Part shown: in pieces, positions 29,915 to 40,304 of the stretch | Numbering within the stretch: the stretch's first letter is position 1 | How the letters are laid out: every line of letters starts with the position of its first letter | Assembly (NCBI GenBank): GCA_965197725.1 | Contig: CBDANQ010000058.1 | Location: 64,001-128,000, forward strand | Reading direction: 5' to 3' | DNA: 64,000 bases | Source of the DNA: Longimicrobiales bacterium | GTDB taxonomy: Bacteria; Gemmatimonadota; Gemmatimonadetes; Longimicrobiales; Gaopeijiaceae | Translations under genes and position numbers: made by a program | The notes under the pieces: generated by a model | What the model was told of the DNA's origin: nothing | Seen by the model: the letters and a program-made list of their open reading frames with translations, nothing else | Database searches by the model: none

Positions 29915-30388
29915 TCAGTGGAAACCCTTCAGAAGAGCCGGTTGGGCCGGGGGGGCTCCCCCTGGTGGTTGACCGCCGCCCTGAGAACCTCCGATGACTT
30001 TCACGACTGTCGCGACAAGCACCGCTCCGACGACTGCCCCTACGCCAGCCACGACAATCGCTGTACGCCCACGGTCCAGCTCGCGCACGTCGACGCCGAC
30101 GACCTCGTCCGCTCTTACGGTGATCGGCTGGCGCAGGCCGCGGTCGAGCGTGCCACTCCGGACGATAACCGGTACCGAAATCGTGATCTCCTCGGCCCAC
30201 TGCAGCAGTTGCCCGCTGAGCTCCACCCGGCGCAGGCCGGTTAGCTCCTCCACATGTTGGCGGCCCTCTACCGTCAGCCGAACGACAACGTCCGAGCCCG
30301 GGGGGACCGACCCGATTCGGACCGGAACATTTCGGTAGCAACCGGCAAGGAGAACCACCAGGGCCATCATCAGGAAAGCGCGGACCAT
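29915..30388 (-). CDS. Hypothetical lipoprotein with C-terminal TM helix
   Basis: Lipobox LAGC, AAAGGA RBS, C-terminal hydrophobic segment. Confidence 0.75.
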   Translation of the reverse strand: MVRAFLMMALVVLLAGCYRNVPVRIGSVPPGSDVVVRLTVEGRQHVEELTGLRRVELSGQLLQWAEEITISVPVIVRSGTLDRGLRQPITVRADEVVGVDVRELDRGRTAIVVAGVGAVVGAVLVATVVKVIGGSQGGGQPPGGAPPAQPALLKGFH

Positions 30389-30648
30389 AACGTACCATCC
30401 TTTCGAGTCCAGAGGCGCCGTCCCGTAAAAGCCACCCATACCGGGCGAGGACGGATCGCAGAATCGCCGGAACCCCTTGTTGCTCCTCCTCGGCCCGGGA
30501 AGCAAACATAGTCCTGCGGGCGACGGCTATCAACCGAAGTAGGCCGGGCTCAGCGAACCGCCACGTCTTCCTTGTCCGCCCCAATCCCCTGCCTTATTTT
30601 GCTCGTCGCGGCGCTAGGGCGTTTGGATTCCTTGTTCCTGAGAGCACT

Positions 30649-31593
30649 ATGAAAGCCAGGCTGAGTTTGGCCATGGTGGTCGTGTTGGCCGTGAGTGCGT
30701 TCGTGACCGCTGGCTATGCGCCGGTAGTGGAAAACGAGGAAGAGCAGCAGCAGCAGCGGCTCATCCGAATGGTGGAATTGCTCGAGAGCGGGCAGGTCGT
30801 CTTCGGGTCGAGTGTCGGAGACCGTAGCCCGGCTGGTGCCGTGCAGATGGCGAGAAACTCGGATATTGACTTCCTATTCTACGATATGGAGCATGCCGGG
30901 TTCGACCTGAATCAGCTGCGGATCTTCATGCAGTTCACGCTGGATCCGGCGCAGATCCTGGCCCGTGGGCGGCCCGGCACCGACCATGCCATCCTGATCC
31001 GGATCCCGCCGTTCGGGCGTGAGCTCAAGATGAATCAGTGGGTAATCAAGAATCTGCTCGACCAGGGTATCCACGGGACCATCGCGCCTTTCATCGAGAC
31101 CGCCGAGCAGGCCGAGGACCTTATCCGGGCAATGCGTTATCCACAGTCCCCGGACGCCGCCAACCCCGGGCCGGTCGGCCAGCGCGGGTCGGGAGCCGGC
31201 AACGCCATCCGATTCTGGGGCGTCGGAGGGAGCGAGTACAGGGCTCGATCCGATCTGTGGGGGCTCAGCCCGCAGGGCGAGCTGCTCACGATGCTCCTGA
31301 TCGAGAACGAGTTGGGTGTTCAGAACATCCGCGAGATCGTTCAGGTCCCGGGCGTCTCGATGGTGATGGCCGGGACTGGCGATCTGGGTTCGTACTACAA
31401 CGGGGATGGCGACAAGGTAGAACGGGCGGTCCAGACCATTCTTGCGGCCTGTAAGGAGTTCGACGTGGCGTGCGCGATACCGACAGGGGTGGACGATACC
31501 GAACGCCGTATCCGCGAGGGTTTCCGCGTTATCCTGACCAGCGGTGAGGCGCTCCGCATCGGCCGTCAGGTTGCGGGGCGGACGTCGCCCTGA
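30649..31593 (+). CDS. HpcH/HpaI aldolase-family protein with signal peptide
   Basis: FYDMEH, ILIRIP, LLDQGIHGTIAPFIET, GQRG, LLIENELG, AGTGDL. Confidence 0.88.
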   Translation: MKARLSLAMVVVLAVSAFVTAGYAPVVENEEEQQQQRLIRMVELLESGQVVFGSSVGDRSPAGAVQMARNSDIDFLFYDMEHAGFDLNQLRIFMQFTLDPAQILARGRPGTDHAILIRIPPFGRELKMNQWVIKNLLDQGIHGTIAPFIETAEQAEDLIRAMRYPQSPDAANPGPVGQRGSGAGNAIRFWGVGGSEYRARSDLWGLSPQGELLTMLLIENELGVQNIREIVQVPGVSMVMAGTGDLGSYYNGDGDKVERAVQTILAACKEFDVACAIPTGVDDTERRIREGFRVILTSGEALRIGRQVAGRTSP

Positions 31594-31695
31594 GAATCCT
31601 GGCTCTTCGATTGTTTCCGTCCCTGGGATCCTCAACCTAGCAGGTGGTAGCGGCTCTCGTGTAGGGCGCGGTGCCCCAGGATCAGGTCTCTGCGA

Positions 31696-32733
31696 CTAGC
31701 GCCGGAACCGCACCCACTTAGTCATGCGTCGCTGGGAGACCTCGGCGCCGTACACGTTGCCGTCGCTGTCCACGGCGACGCCCTCGGGTCCGCTGTAGCC
31801 CGCTACGTTCACTATATCGTCCGGGAGGAAGTGGCTCACCCAGCCCGTGCGGGCATCGCCGATCCTGATGCCCTTCTCCCAACCCGCGTTCCGCTGCCCC
31901 GTGGCCTCGTTCGGGTCCGGGCTGGACTCCGAGTCGGCGACGTAGATGACGTCGTTGTCGTCGATGTAGATGCCGCTGGGCCGGCCGAACTGCGTCCAGA
32001 TCGCAAGGAATTCTCCCTCCTGGTCGAAGATCTGGATGCGGTTGTTCCAACGGTCGCCCACGAAGATTCGGCCCTGGGAGTCCATCGCGAGGGCGTGCGG
32101 GTCGCGGAACTGCTTCGGGCCGTACCCGAGCTCGCCCCATGTTTCCATATAGGTTCCGTCGGCACGATACCTGCCGACCCGACCCACGGTCCGGTCGTGG
32201 GACTCCACCACGTAGATCTGCCCGTTGGGGGCGACGAGGACGTCGGAGGGCCGGGTGAGGTGGTCGGGCGGGTCGCCCCGCACTCCCGGGGTACCGATCG
32301 TCATCAGGAGCTCGCCCTGGGGCGAGAACTTGAGGACCGCGTGGCCGGTGTTCGTGGCTCCATTGGCCCACGCGTCGGCGATCCAGACGTTGCCCTCGTG
32401 GTCTACGTCGATGCCGTGAGGCCACGCGACTAATCCGGCACCGAAGCTTCTGAGGACGTTGCCCTCCTTGTCGAAGAGGAGGATCGGGTCCACATCCGAC
32501 CCCACGCAGGTGTTGGCGCCACACCGCTCGGCCACCCAGATGTTGCCGTCGGCCGCGATCTCCACGACGCTCGTGGAGCCCCACTGCCGGCCCTCGGGTA
32601 GCTCTCCCCATCCGTAGATAGGCCGGAACGGATTCGACGTCACCGATTGGGCGAGGAGGTCCACGCCTGTCGCTGTGAGCGCGGTTACGACGACGATCCC
32701 GAGAGTGAAGCCACCCCGATTCAAGCGCCTCAT
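31696..32733 (-). CDS. Secreted NHL-repeat beta-propeller (PAL-family-like, divergent)
   Basis: AERCGANTC, WPHGIDVD, DPHALAMDSQGRIFVGDRWNNRIQIF, GPEGVAVD. Confidence 0.88.
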   Translation of the reverse strand: MRRLNRGGFTLGIVVVTALTATGVDLLAQSVTSNPFRPIYGWGELPEGRQWGSTSVVEIAADGNIWVAERCGANTCVGSDVDPILLFDKEGNVLRSFGAGLVAWPHGIDVDHEGNVWIADAWANGATNTGHAVLKFSPQGELLMTIGTPGVRGDPPDHLTRPSDVLVAPNGQIYVVESHDRTVGRVGRYRADGTYMETWGELGYGPKQFRDPHALAMDSQGRIFVGDRWNNRIQIFDQEGEFLAIWTQFGRPSGIYIDDNDVIYVADSESSPDPNEATGQRNAGWEKGIRIGDARTGWVSHFLPDDIVNVAGYSGPEGVAVDSDGNVYGAEVSQRRMTKWVRFRR

Positions 32734-33005
32734 CAGCCATTCCTCCACGAAAGTATCCAACAGTTCGGATCGTCACCGGTGTAGGGCGCGCGATCCAGTG
32801 GTCGGAAGCGCTCGCCAGGGCCCGGTGAATGAAAGGCACGTCGGGTGCCCCTCCACGATGCAGGAGAGGGTACGGCCGGAGTCCCGGCCGAGCAAGGAGT
32901 TGACGATCACATGGCACCCCCCTGATATGCTCGATTGCGGTCGGGGATCTAAAGTGCAGCCGCGTGGCACGTGCGCGAGCCTCAGGGAGACGATCGACCC
33001 TTGCC

Positions 33006-36000
33006 TCAAACCTCTTCGGAATCCGGCACAGCGCCCAGACGTAGGAGGAGGTCTGCGTTTTCCACCATGTCGCCCTGACGCACCAGGAGCTCCTCGACCA
33101 CCGCGTGCCGGGGGGCCCGCAGGGCCGTCTCCATCTTCATGGCCTCGGTGACGAGGAGGTCGGCGCCCTTGCTTACGGTGTCACCGGGCTGAACCAGGAC
33201 CTTGATGACTTTTCCGGGCATGGACGCTCCCACTTCCCGCCAGTTACCCGATTCGGCCTTGGCGCGTCGGTCGGGGGCCGCGACGTCCTGGTCCTGAACG
33301 CGCACCTCCCGGGCGTGCCCGTTCAGTTCGAACAGGACCGGGCGAGTGCCATCGGCGTGCACTTCGCCCACGGAAACGAGTCGGATGATGAGGGTCTTTC
33401 CCCGCTCGATGTCCGCGGCGACGCGCTCGCCGGGTTTCGGCCCGTAGAAGAAGGTCGGCGTGTCCAGCACCGAAGTGTCGCCATATGCCGCCCGGTGCGC
33501 CGCGAAGTCCGCGTATACCTGAGGGAAGAGGACACGGGAAAGCACGTCCCTGTCCGAGGCCTCCCGCGTCACGGGCTCATCCTTCGTCAGGTCCCGCACT
33601 TCGGTGCGTACCGCCTCGAAATCTACCGGATCGAGGTACGCGCCCGGCCGGTCCTCCAGCGGCTCTTCTCCACGCAGCACGGCGGCTTGTAGCTCACGGG
33701 GGAATCCGTATGGTGGCCGTCCGAGTCGACCCTTGAGAAGCCCCACCACGGACTTGGGAAAGCTCAGATGGGCGGCCCGACGGAGAAGCTCGGCCCCGTC
33801 CAAGTCGTTCTGGACCATGAAGAGCGCCAGATCCCCCACCGCTTTCGAGGACGGAGTAACCTTGATGAGCTCGCCCAGGAGTGAGTCCGCTTCCCGGTAC
33901 CGGTCCACGACCTCACGCCACCGCCCCAACAGACCCAGCGCTTCCGCCTGGTGCTTCAGGTTCATCAGCTGTCCCCCGGGCACCTGTGACTTGAAGACGT
34001 ACGCGTCGGGGGCCACCGATCCGCGCTCCAGGAATCGGTAGTATCTCCGCACGGCGGTCCAGTATTCGTTCAGGGGCTGAAGAGCGTCCATGTCCAACTC
34101 CGGCTCCCTGTCGGTTCCCTGGAGCGCCGCCGCGATGGCCCTGAGGCTCGGCTGGGACGTGCCGCCCGCCAGGGCGTCGATACAGCCGTCGACCACGTCG
34201 GCTCCCGCCAGCGCACCCTGCACAGCCGTAGCCACGCCGACGCCCGTGCTGTCGTGGGTGTGTAGGTGCACCGGGAGCTGCGTGGCTTCCTTCAACGCTG
34301 TTACGAGGAGCTGGCCGGCCGCGGGCTTGAGGAGGCCGGCCATGTCCTTGATGGCGAGAACGTGAGCGCCGGCCGCTTCGATTTCCTTGGCCAGGTTCAC
34401 GTAGTAGGCCAGATCGTAGCGGCTCCGGCTCTCGTCCAGCACGTCTCCCGTGTAACAGAGCGCGACCTCGGCGATCTTGCCCTTCTCGCGAACGGCGTCG
34501 ATCGCCACCTGCATGTTCGGTACCCAGTTCATTGAGTCGAAGATGCGGAAGACGTCGATTCCCGTGTCGGCTGCTTCCCTCACGAACACCTTCACGGCGC
34601 TGTCGGGATACGCCGAGTACCCCACGAGGCTCTGACCCCGCAGAAGCATCTGAAGGAGGACGTGCGGAATGCGCTCCCGGAGTTGGGCCAGCCTCTCCCA
34701 TGGATCCTCGCTCAGGAAGCGGTACGCGGTGTCGAAGGTCGCGCCTCCCCAGACCTCCATGGAGAAGAGGTTCGGCGCGAGTCGGCCGGTATCTCTCGCG
34801 ATCCTCAGGAGGTCGTAGCTCCTCATCCGCGTCGCCAGCAGGGATTGGTGTGCGTCGCGGAACGTCGTATCGGTGAAGAGCACCCGTTTGTGATCCCGAA
34901 GATGGGTCACCAGCGCTTCAGGGCCGTCGGAGTCCAGGATCTGCTTGAACGTGGCGGCAGGGGGCTTCCAACCCGGCTCGCTTGTCGGCATCGGGGGCGT
35001 CCGAAAATCGGGCCGTGTCCGGCCCCTGGGACCCTCGACCTGACCGTTCACCGCGATATGGCCTACGTAACGAAGCAGCCGGGTTCCTCTGTCTTTTCTG
35101 GGCCGAAAATCCAAAAGTTCCGGATGCGCCGCGATAAAGCCCGTGTGCGTTCTCCCAGCTTCGAACTCGGGGTGCGTCACCACGTTTTCCAGGAATCGGA
35201 TGTTCGTCTTGAGACCCCGGATCCGAAACTCCATGAGCGCGCGGTCCATCTTGCGGATAGCATCCTCGAATCGCGTGGCGTGCGTGCACACCTTCACCAA
35301 GAGGGAGTCGTAGTGCGGGCTCACATGCGCGCCCGTGAAGGCCGTGGCGGCATCAAGGCGTACGCCGAATCCGCCCGGTGAGCGGTAGTGGGTGATTCTG
35401 CCGGTGTCGGGCAGGAAGTCATGTTCGGGGTCCTCGGTGGTCACTCGGCACTCGATCGCGTAGCCGCGGGGCTCGGGGATCACGTCGGGAATCCCTATTG
35501 CCGCAAGCGTGTGCCCCTCGGCCACCCGGATCTGGGACTGGACCAGATCGATGCCCATCACGAGCTCGGTGACCGTGTGCTCCACCTGGATCCGGGCGTT
35601 CACTTCGATGAAGTAGAAGTCGCCCTTCGGTTCCAACAAGAACTCGACCGTTCCGGCGCCCTGATAGCCGGCGTGGATCATCAGGTCTCGCGCCAAGCCG
35701 CACATCCTCTGGCGGGTCTCGGCATCCAGCCCTCGGGCCGGGGCAGTCTCCACCACCTTTTGGTGGCGACGCTGGATCGAACAGTCCCTCTCCCAGAGAT
35801 GCTCCACGCGACCGTGCCCGTCAGCCAGGATCTGAACCTCGATGTGGCGGGGGTCTCGGACCAGCTTCTCGACGTAGATGTCCCCACTCCCGAACGCGGT
35901 CGTGGCCTCGCGGCGCGCCACTGCCAGGACCCGCTGGAGCTCTTCGGCGTCTTGAGCGACGCGCATCCCTCGGCCGCCCCCTCCCGAAACGGCCTTCAGC

Positions 36001-36491
36001 ATGACGGGGTATCCCGACTCATTGGCGAATGCCAGGGCGTCCTCGTCCGCCACCGCCTCCGCGGTGCCCGGCACTACCGGAACGCCCGCGTTTTGTGCCA
36101 GTTCCCGAGCGCGAATCTTGTCGCCGAACAGGTCGAGCTGATCCGGGGACGGACCGATGAACACGATGCCCTGTTCGGCGCACCGGCGAGCGAAGTGAGC
36201 GTTCTCGGCCAGGAAGCCGTAGCCCGGATGGATGGCGTCGACTTCCTTCGCCACCGCAAGCGAGACGATCGCGTCCACGTCGAGGTAGGCCTCGACCGGC
36301 CCGATTTCGGACGGGAGTAGGTACGCCTCGTCGGCTTTGTATCGGTGGAGGGCCAGGGAATCCTCTTCGCTGTACACAGCCACGGTCCGCTTTCCGAGCT
36401 CGGTACATGCCCGGAAGACCCGAATCGCGATCTCGCCCCGGTTGGCCACCATCACTCGTGCGAAATCCCGTACGGACGTAGCGGCGGACAA
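33006..36491 (-). CDS. pyc: Pyruvate carboxylase
   Basis: ANRGEIAIR, ERDCSIQRRHQK, DTTFRDAHQSL, IKDMAG, HLHTH, VTPSSK, EAMKM biotin site. TTG start follows GAGGGAG. Confidence 0.97.
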   Translation of the reverse strand: MSAATSVRDFARVMVANRGEIAIRVFRACTELGKRTVAVYSEEDSLALHRYKADEAYLLPSEIGPVEAYLDVDAIVSLAVAKEVDAIHPGYGFLAENAHFARRCAEQGIVFIGPSPDQLDLFGDKIRARELAQNAGVPVVPGTAEAVADEDALAFANESGYPVMLKAVSGGGGRGMRVAQDAEELQRVLAVARREATTAFGSGDIYVEKLVRDPRHIEVQILADGHGRVEHLWERDCSIQRRHQKVVETAPARGLDAETRQRMCGLARDLMIHAGYQGAGTVEFLLEPKGDFYFIEVNARIQVEHTVTELVMGIDLVQSQIRVAEGHTLAAIGIPDVIPEPRGYAIECRVTTEDPEHDFLPDTGRITHYRSPGGFGVRLDAATAFTGAHVSPHYDSLLVKVCTHATRFEDAIRKMDRALMEFRIRGLKTNIRFLENVVTHPEFEAGRTHTGFIAAHPELLDFRPRKDRGTRLLRYVGHIAVNGQVEGPRGRTRPDFRTPPMPTSEPGWKPPAATFKQILDSDGPEALVTHLRDHKRVLFTDTTFRDAHQSLLATRMRSYDLLRIARDTGRLAPNLFSMEVWGGATFDTAYRFLSEDPWERLAQLRERIPHVLLQMLLRGQSLVGYSAYPDSAVKVFVREAADTGIDVFRIFDSMNWVPNMQVAIDAVREKGKIAEVALCYTGDVLDESRSRYDLAYYVNLAKEIEAAGAHVLAIKDMAGLLKPAAGQLLVTALKEATQLPVHLHTHDSTGVGVATAVQGALAGADVVDGCIDALAGGTSQPSLRAIAAALQGTDREPELDMDALQPLNEYWTAVRRYYRFLERGSVAPDAYVFKSQVPGGQLMNLKHQAEALGLLGRWREVVDRYREADSLLGELIKVTPSSKAVGDLALFMVQNDLDGAELLRRAAHLSFPKSVVGLLKGRLGRPPYGFPRELQAAVLRGEEPLEDRPGAYLDPVDFEAVRTEVRDLTKDEPVTREASDRDVLSRVLFPQVYADFAAHRAAYGDTSVLDTPTFFYGPKPGERVAADIERGKTLIIRLVSVGEVHADGTRPVLFELNGHAREVRVQDQDVAAPDRRAKAESGNWREVGASMPGKVIKVLVQPGDTVSKGADLLVTEAMKMETALRAPRHAVVEELLVRQGDMVENADLLLRLGAVPDSEEV

Positions 36492-36776
36492 GGCACTCTC
36501 CCTCGCTGTGCAGTGGGGGTGGGTCCGAAGGTCACGTAATGCTAATCGTGCCCGCGCCGAGAAGCACGGCGGCGATTCTGGCGGCCACGTTCGCCGAGAA
36601 ACTCCCACATGACATGACGATCGCGATGCCCCCAAACCGCGGATCGCGCTGTAGATCGGACGCCCGGCAGTCGCTGCCTAGCTCATTACGATGGCGTGAT
36701 CGGACCGAGTGGCAAGCGTCTGCGGATCGTGAAGTCGGGGAGCCTCGCGCTCAACGCGGCTATTGGGGTCGACCGC

Positions 36777-37874
36777 TCACCGCGGGGTGAACTTCTGCAG
36801 GCGCCTCCCGTCCGCCGCCTCCGCCGTATAGACGTTGCCGCGCGAGTCAACACCCAGGCTGTGTACACGGGTAAATTGGCCGACCTGACGCCCGGCACGA
36901 CCAAACTCTCCCACGATCTCCAAGTTGTCTCGCTGGAGGATCCGGATCTTCATGTTGGTGCCGTCCGCGACGTACAGAAACGTCTGCTCCGGGTCGGGCG
37001 AAAACTCGATGTCAAAGGCTACACCCGAGCCTAAGGTCCGGGGTGCAATGATTTTCTCCGTCACGAACTCACCGCTCAGAGTGAAGACCTGGATACGGTT
37101 GTTCCCTCGGTCGGCCACGTAGATCAGATCGTCATGGGACACGTTCAACCCGTGGACGTTCGAGAACTGCCGGGCCACTGGCGCGTCGGGATCATACCGC
37201 CGCACAGCCGAGTCGTCCGGACGCTCCCCATATGCTCCCCAGTGCCTCTTGTACTCGCCCGTTTCCGCATCGAACACGATCACCCGGTGGTTGACGTAGC
37301 CGTCGGAGACGTAGAGCTCATTCGTTCGGGGGTGCACGTAGAGCCCGGCCGCTCCCCCGAGAGTGCTCGTATCGTTGCTGCCGCCGTTGCGATCCGGTTC
37401 GCCGATCGTAAGCACGTGACTCCCGTCAGGCGCAAACTTGTTGATATGGTGGCGGTTGTAATGGCTGGTCCAAACGAAGTCGTTGTGGTCCACGAAGACG
37501 TTGTGCACGGCGTCTGGCCACACATACCCCTCCCCGGGTCCCTCCCACGTCTTTACGACGTTGCCGTCGGTATCGAACACCATGAGCCTCGGCGCCGGGA
37601 CACAGCACTCGGCGACGGGGGGGTTCTGAACGGCGCCGAGCTCGATGGGACCAAGCGTCCCGTAGTTCTGCACAACCCAGATCTGGTCGTTGGAGTCCAC
37701 GTGCACCCCCAGCGTCAGTCCGGCGATCCAATTGTTTAGCAGCGGCTTCGGCCAGGTCGCGTCCACCTCGAACACTGGCACCTGGGCCAGCACTGGCGCC
37801 GGCACGCATGATGCGATGGCGGCCGAGATCAGCAGCGCTGTCGCACCGACGTAAAGCTTCTGCGAGGCCTTCAT
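36777..37874 (-). CDS. Secreted NHL propeller, peptidyl-alpha-hydroxyglycine lyase (PAL)-like, copy A
   Basis: VHNVFVD, VSDGYVNHRV, NVHGL, VADRGNNRIQVF, RVHSL. Confidence 0.88.
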   Translation of the reverse strand: MKASQKLYVGATALLISAAIASCVPAPVLAQVPVFEVDATWPKPLLNNWIAGLTLGVHVDSNDQIWVVQNYGTLGPIELGAVQNPPVAECCVPAPRLMVFDTDGNVVKTWEGPGEGYVWPDAVHNVFVDHNDFVWTSHYNRHHINKFAPDGSHVLTIGEPDRNGGSNDTSTLGGAAGLYVHPRTNELYVSDGYVNHRVIVFDAETGEYKRHWGAYGERPDDSAVRRYDPDAPVARQFSNVHGLNVSHDDLIYVADRGNNRIQVFTLSGEFVTEKIIAPRTLGSGVAFDIEFSPDPEQTFLYVADGTNMKIRILQRDNLEIVGEFGRAGRQVGQFTRVHSLGVDSRGNVYTAEAADGRRLQKFTPR

Positions 37875-37986
37875 CGTTAATTTCGCTCCTTCATCGTCAT
37901 GGCGTGATCGGACCGAGTGGCAAGCGTCCGCTGCTGGCAGGATCGGACTCTCACCTGCGCTGAGCGCGGCTATTGCGGTCGACCGC

Positions 37987-39108
37987 TCACCGCGGGGTGA
38001 ACTTCTGCAGGCGTCTCCCGTCCGCCGCCTCTGCCGTATAGATGTTGCCGCGCGAGTCAACACCCAAGCTGTGCACACGGGTAAATTGGCCGGCCTGACG
38101 CCCGGCACGACCCAACTCTCCCACGATCTCCAAGTTGTCGCGCTGGAGGATCCGGATCTTCATGTTGGTGCCGTCCGCGACGTACAGAAACGTCTGCTCC
38201 GGGTCGGGCGAAAACTCGATGTCAAAGGGTACACCCGAGCCCAAGGTCCGGGGTGCAATGATTTTCTCCGTCACGAACTCACCGCTCAGAGTGAAGACCT
38301 GGATACGGTTGTTCCCTCGGTCGGCCACGTAGACCAGATCGTCATGGGACACGTTCAACCCGTGGACGTTCGAGAACTGCCGGGCCACTGGCGCATCGGG
38401 ATCATACCGCCGCACAGCCGAGTCGTCCGGACGCTCCCCATATGCTCCCCAGTGCCTCTTGTACTCGCCCGTTTCCGCATCGAACACGATAACCCGGTGG
38501 TTGACGTAGCCGTCGGAGACGTAGAGCTCATTCGTTCGGGGGTGCACGTTGAGCCCGGCCGGTCCCCCCAGAAGGCTCGTATCGTTGCTGCCGCCGTTGC
38601 GATCTGGATCGCCGATCGTAAGCACGTGACGCCCGTCAGGCGCAAACTTGTTGATATGGTGGCTGCTGTGCGTGCTGACCCAAACGAAGTCGTTGTGGTC
38701 CACGAAGACGTTATGCACGCCGTCCGCGGACCCGGGCTCAGTCGGAAGCGGCCACACATATCCCTCCCCGGGTCCCTCCCACGTCTTCACGACGTTGCCG
38801 TCGGTATCGAACACCATGACCTCCGGCGCCGGGACACAGCACTCGGCGATTGGGGGGTCCTGAATGGCGCCGAGCTCGATGGGACCAAGCGTCCCGAAGT
38901 TCTGCACAACCCAGATCTGGTCGTTGGAGTCCACGTGCACCCCCAACGTCAGTCCCGCGATCCAGTTGTTTGGCAGTGGCTTCGGCCAGGTCGCGTCCAC
39001 CTCGAACACCGGAACCTGCGCCAGCGCTGGCGCCGGCACACATGATGCGATGGCGGCCGAGATCAGCAGCGCTGTCGCACCGACGTAAAGCATCCGCGAG
39101 GCCTTCAT
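37987..39108 (-). CDS. Secreted NHL propeller, PAL-like, copy B
   Basis: Near-identical paralog of copy A with the same motifs and an 8-aa insertion before the first His. Confidence 0.88.
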   Translation of the reverse strand: MKASRMLYVGATALLISAAIASCVPAPALAQVPVFEVDATWPKPLPNNWIAGLTLGVHVDSNDQIWVVQNFGTLGPIELGAIQDPPIAECCVPAPEVMVFDTDGNVVKTWEGPGEGYVWPLPTEPGSADGVHNVFVDHNDFVWVSTHSSHHINKFAPDGRHVLTIGDPDRNGGSNDTSLLGGPAGLNVHPRTNELYVSDGYVNHRVIVFDAETGEYKRHWGAYGERPDDSAVRRYDPDAPVARQFSNVHGLNVSHDDLVYVADRGNNRIQVFTLSGEFVTEKIIAPRTLGSGVPFDIEFSPDPEQTFLYVADGTNMKIRILQRDNLEIVGELGRAGRQAGQFTRVHSLGVDSRGNIYTAEAADGRRLQKFTPR

Positions 39109-39342
39109 CGTTAAGTTTCGCTCCTTCATGGTGGGAGTCAGTACAATGTGCTCAGCAAGTCCTCGGAACTCCCGGAGCTCACGGGCAGCGCACGGCAGGC
39201 GGGCAATATGCGCTTGACTCCGACATTGTGTCAACGTACGTGCGCAGCTTCGGCGGCGAAGGGGACCTAGTACGGGATTGTCAACTTCCGCAGGCTGGGT
39301 GATCTTGCGTACCCCAGTCATCCCGCCGGACGAGGACGCTCA

Positions 39343-40113
39343 ATGGAAGTCAAGCTCTGGCCCCACGCGGGCCGGCCCGGCGTCGGCCTGAAGCCGCGCA
39401 ACGAGAGTCAGCGACCGCTACTGCCGCAGCACGCTCGTCATTGCCCGGTTCTGGAGGCCGGCAGCGGGCTCGGGTACCTGGTGTATCCGCAGTTGGAGGA
39501 AAACGAGGCGTTCTACGTCGGCTACCAGGGAGACGGGCGCTACGAGTTCAAATACTTCATGAGCAACCCGATGGGGGGCTGGGACCAGATCTTCTCGGTG
39601 GCCTGGGAGCTTCCCATCGGTAGCGTCGGGATGATCCAGGAAGACGTCACGTTCGCGAAGCCGGACCTGCCGGTCACGGCGGAAGACGCCGTAAGGATCG
39701 CGCGCGCGTTCGTCGTCCGCGAGGACCTCGGCACCCCCCCGGGTGCGATCACGCTGCGGGGCGCGTACAACTTCAAGACCCCCGAGGGCTGGGACACCGT
39801 GTACGGCCCCGTTCTGAACATGGTCGACCCTCCAATGGTCGACCCTCCACTGGCACCGATGCTCGTCGTGCGGGTCGAGACCGATTGGTACGCCCACGAC
39901 TCCGAGTTCCGCTACGTCGTACAGCCCGGTCAGGGCCTCCCCGGAAGCCGCAGCTTGCCGATAGGGCAGGTGTATTTCGTACCCCGTGAAGAGATCAAGC
40001 TGCGCGACGTCAATGAGAAGGAGCTCGAGGAGATCAAGAAGAGCCAGGAAGAGTTTGGGACGCCCATCGCCATCGACGGTGATTCCATCTCACATCCAGC
40101 GGTCAGCACGTGA
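39343..40113 (+). CDS. Hypothetical protein (possibly DUF6065-like), C-terminus possibly truncated
   Basis: GAGGA RBS; HARHCPVLEAGSGLGYLVYP and VETDWY motifs; in-frame 15-bp duplication (MVDPP x2) at 39820-39849. Confidence 0.7.
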   Translation: MEVKLWPHAGRPGVGLKPRNESQRPLLPQHARHCPVLEAGSGLGYLVYPQLEENEAFYVGYQGDGRYEFKYFMSNPMGGWDQIFSVAWELPIGSVGMIQEDVTFAKPDLPVTAEDAVRIARAFVVREDLGTPPGAITLRGAYNFKTPEGWDTVYGPVLNMVDPPMVDPPLAPMLVVRVETDWYAHDSEFRYVVQPGQGLPGSRSLPIGQVYFVPREEIKLRDVNEKELEEIKKSQEEFGTPIAIDGDSISHPAVST

Positions 40114-40168
40114 CGCAACTGTGGTTGTTCTCGACACCCAGGCCCTCGAGCAGCGCGATGGTCTCCAG
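40103..40168 (-). pseudogene. 3' remnant of an ankyrin-NHxCxxC gene
   Basis: Translates GLETIALLEGLGVENNHSCVTC*, matching the tails of the 45365 and 49998 proteins. Confidence 0.8.
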
Positions 40169-40304
40169 GCCGACAAATGCGTGTCCCGCGACAAGCGCAT
40201 ACAGCGTAGAGTGCATAGTAGATTGCATACATTACATATAGGGCCGGCCCACAGCGCGGGTGAACGCTTGACAAGCGGACGGGATCGTGATCTGATGAGT
40301 TGTT

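Larger units (their letters stand above)
36691..39129. repeat. About 1.2-kb head-to-tail duplication (36691-37894 and 37899-39129)
   Basis: Both units begin atggcgtgatcggaccgagtggcaagcgtc and end ttcgctccttcat, including non-coding flanks. Confidence 0.92.

Noticed and set aside
40268..40296. Sigma-70 promoter TTGACA-N17-TCTGAT
   Set aside because: Perfect -35 but a weak -10 lacking the conserved A; not supportable alone.
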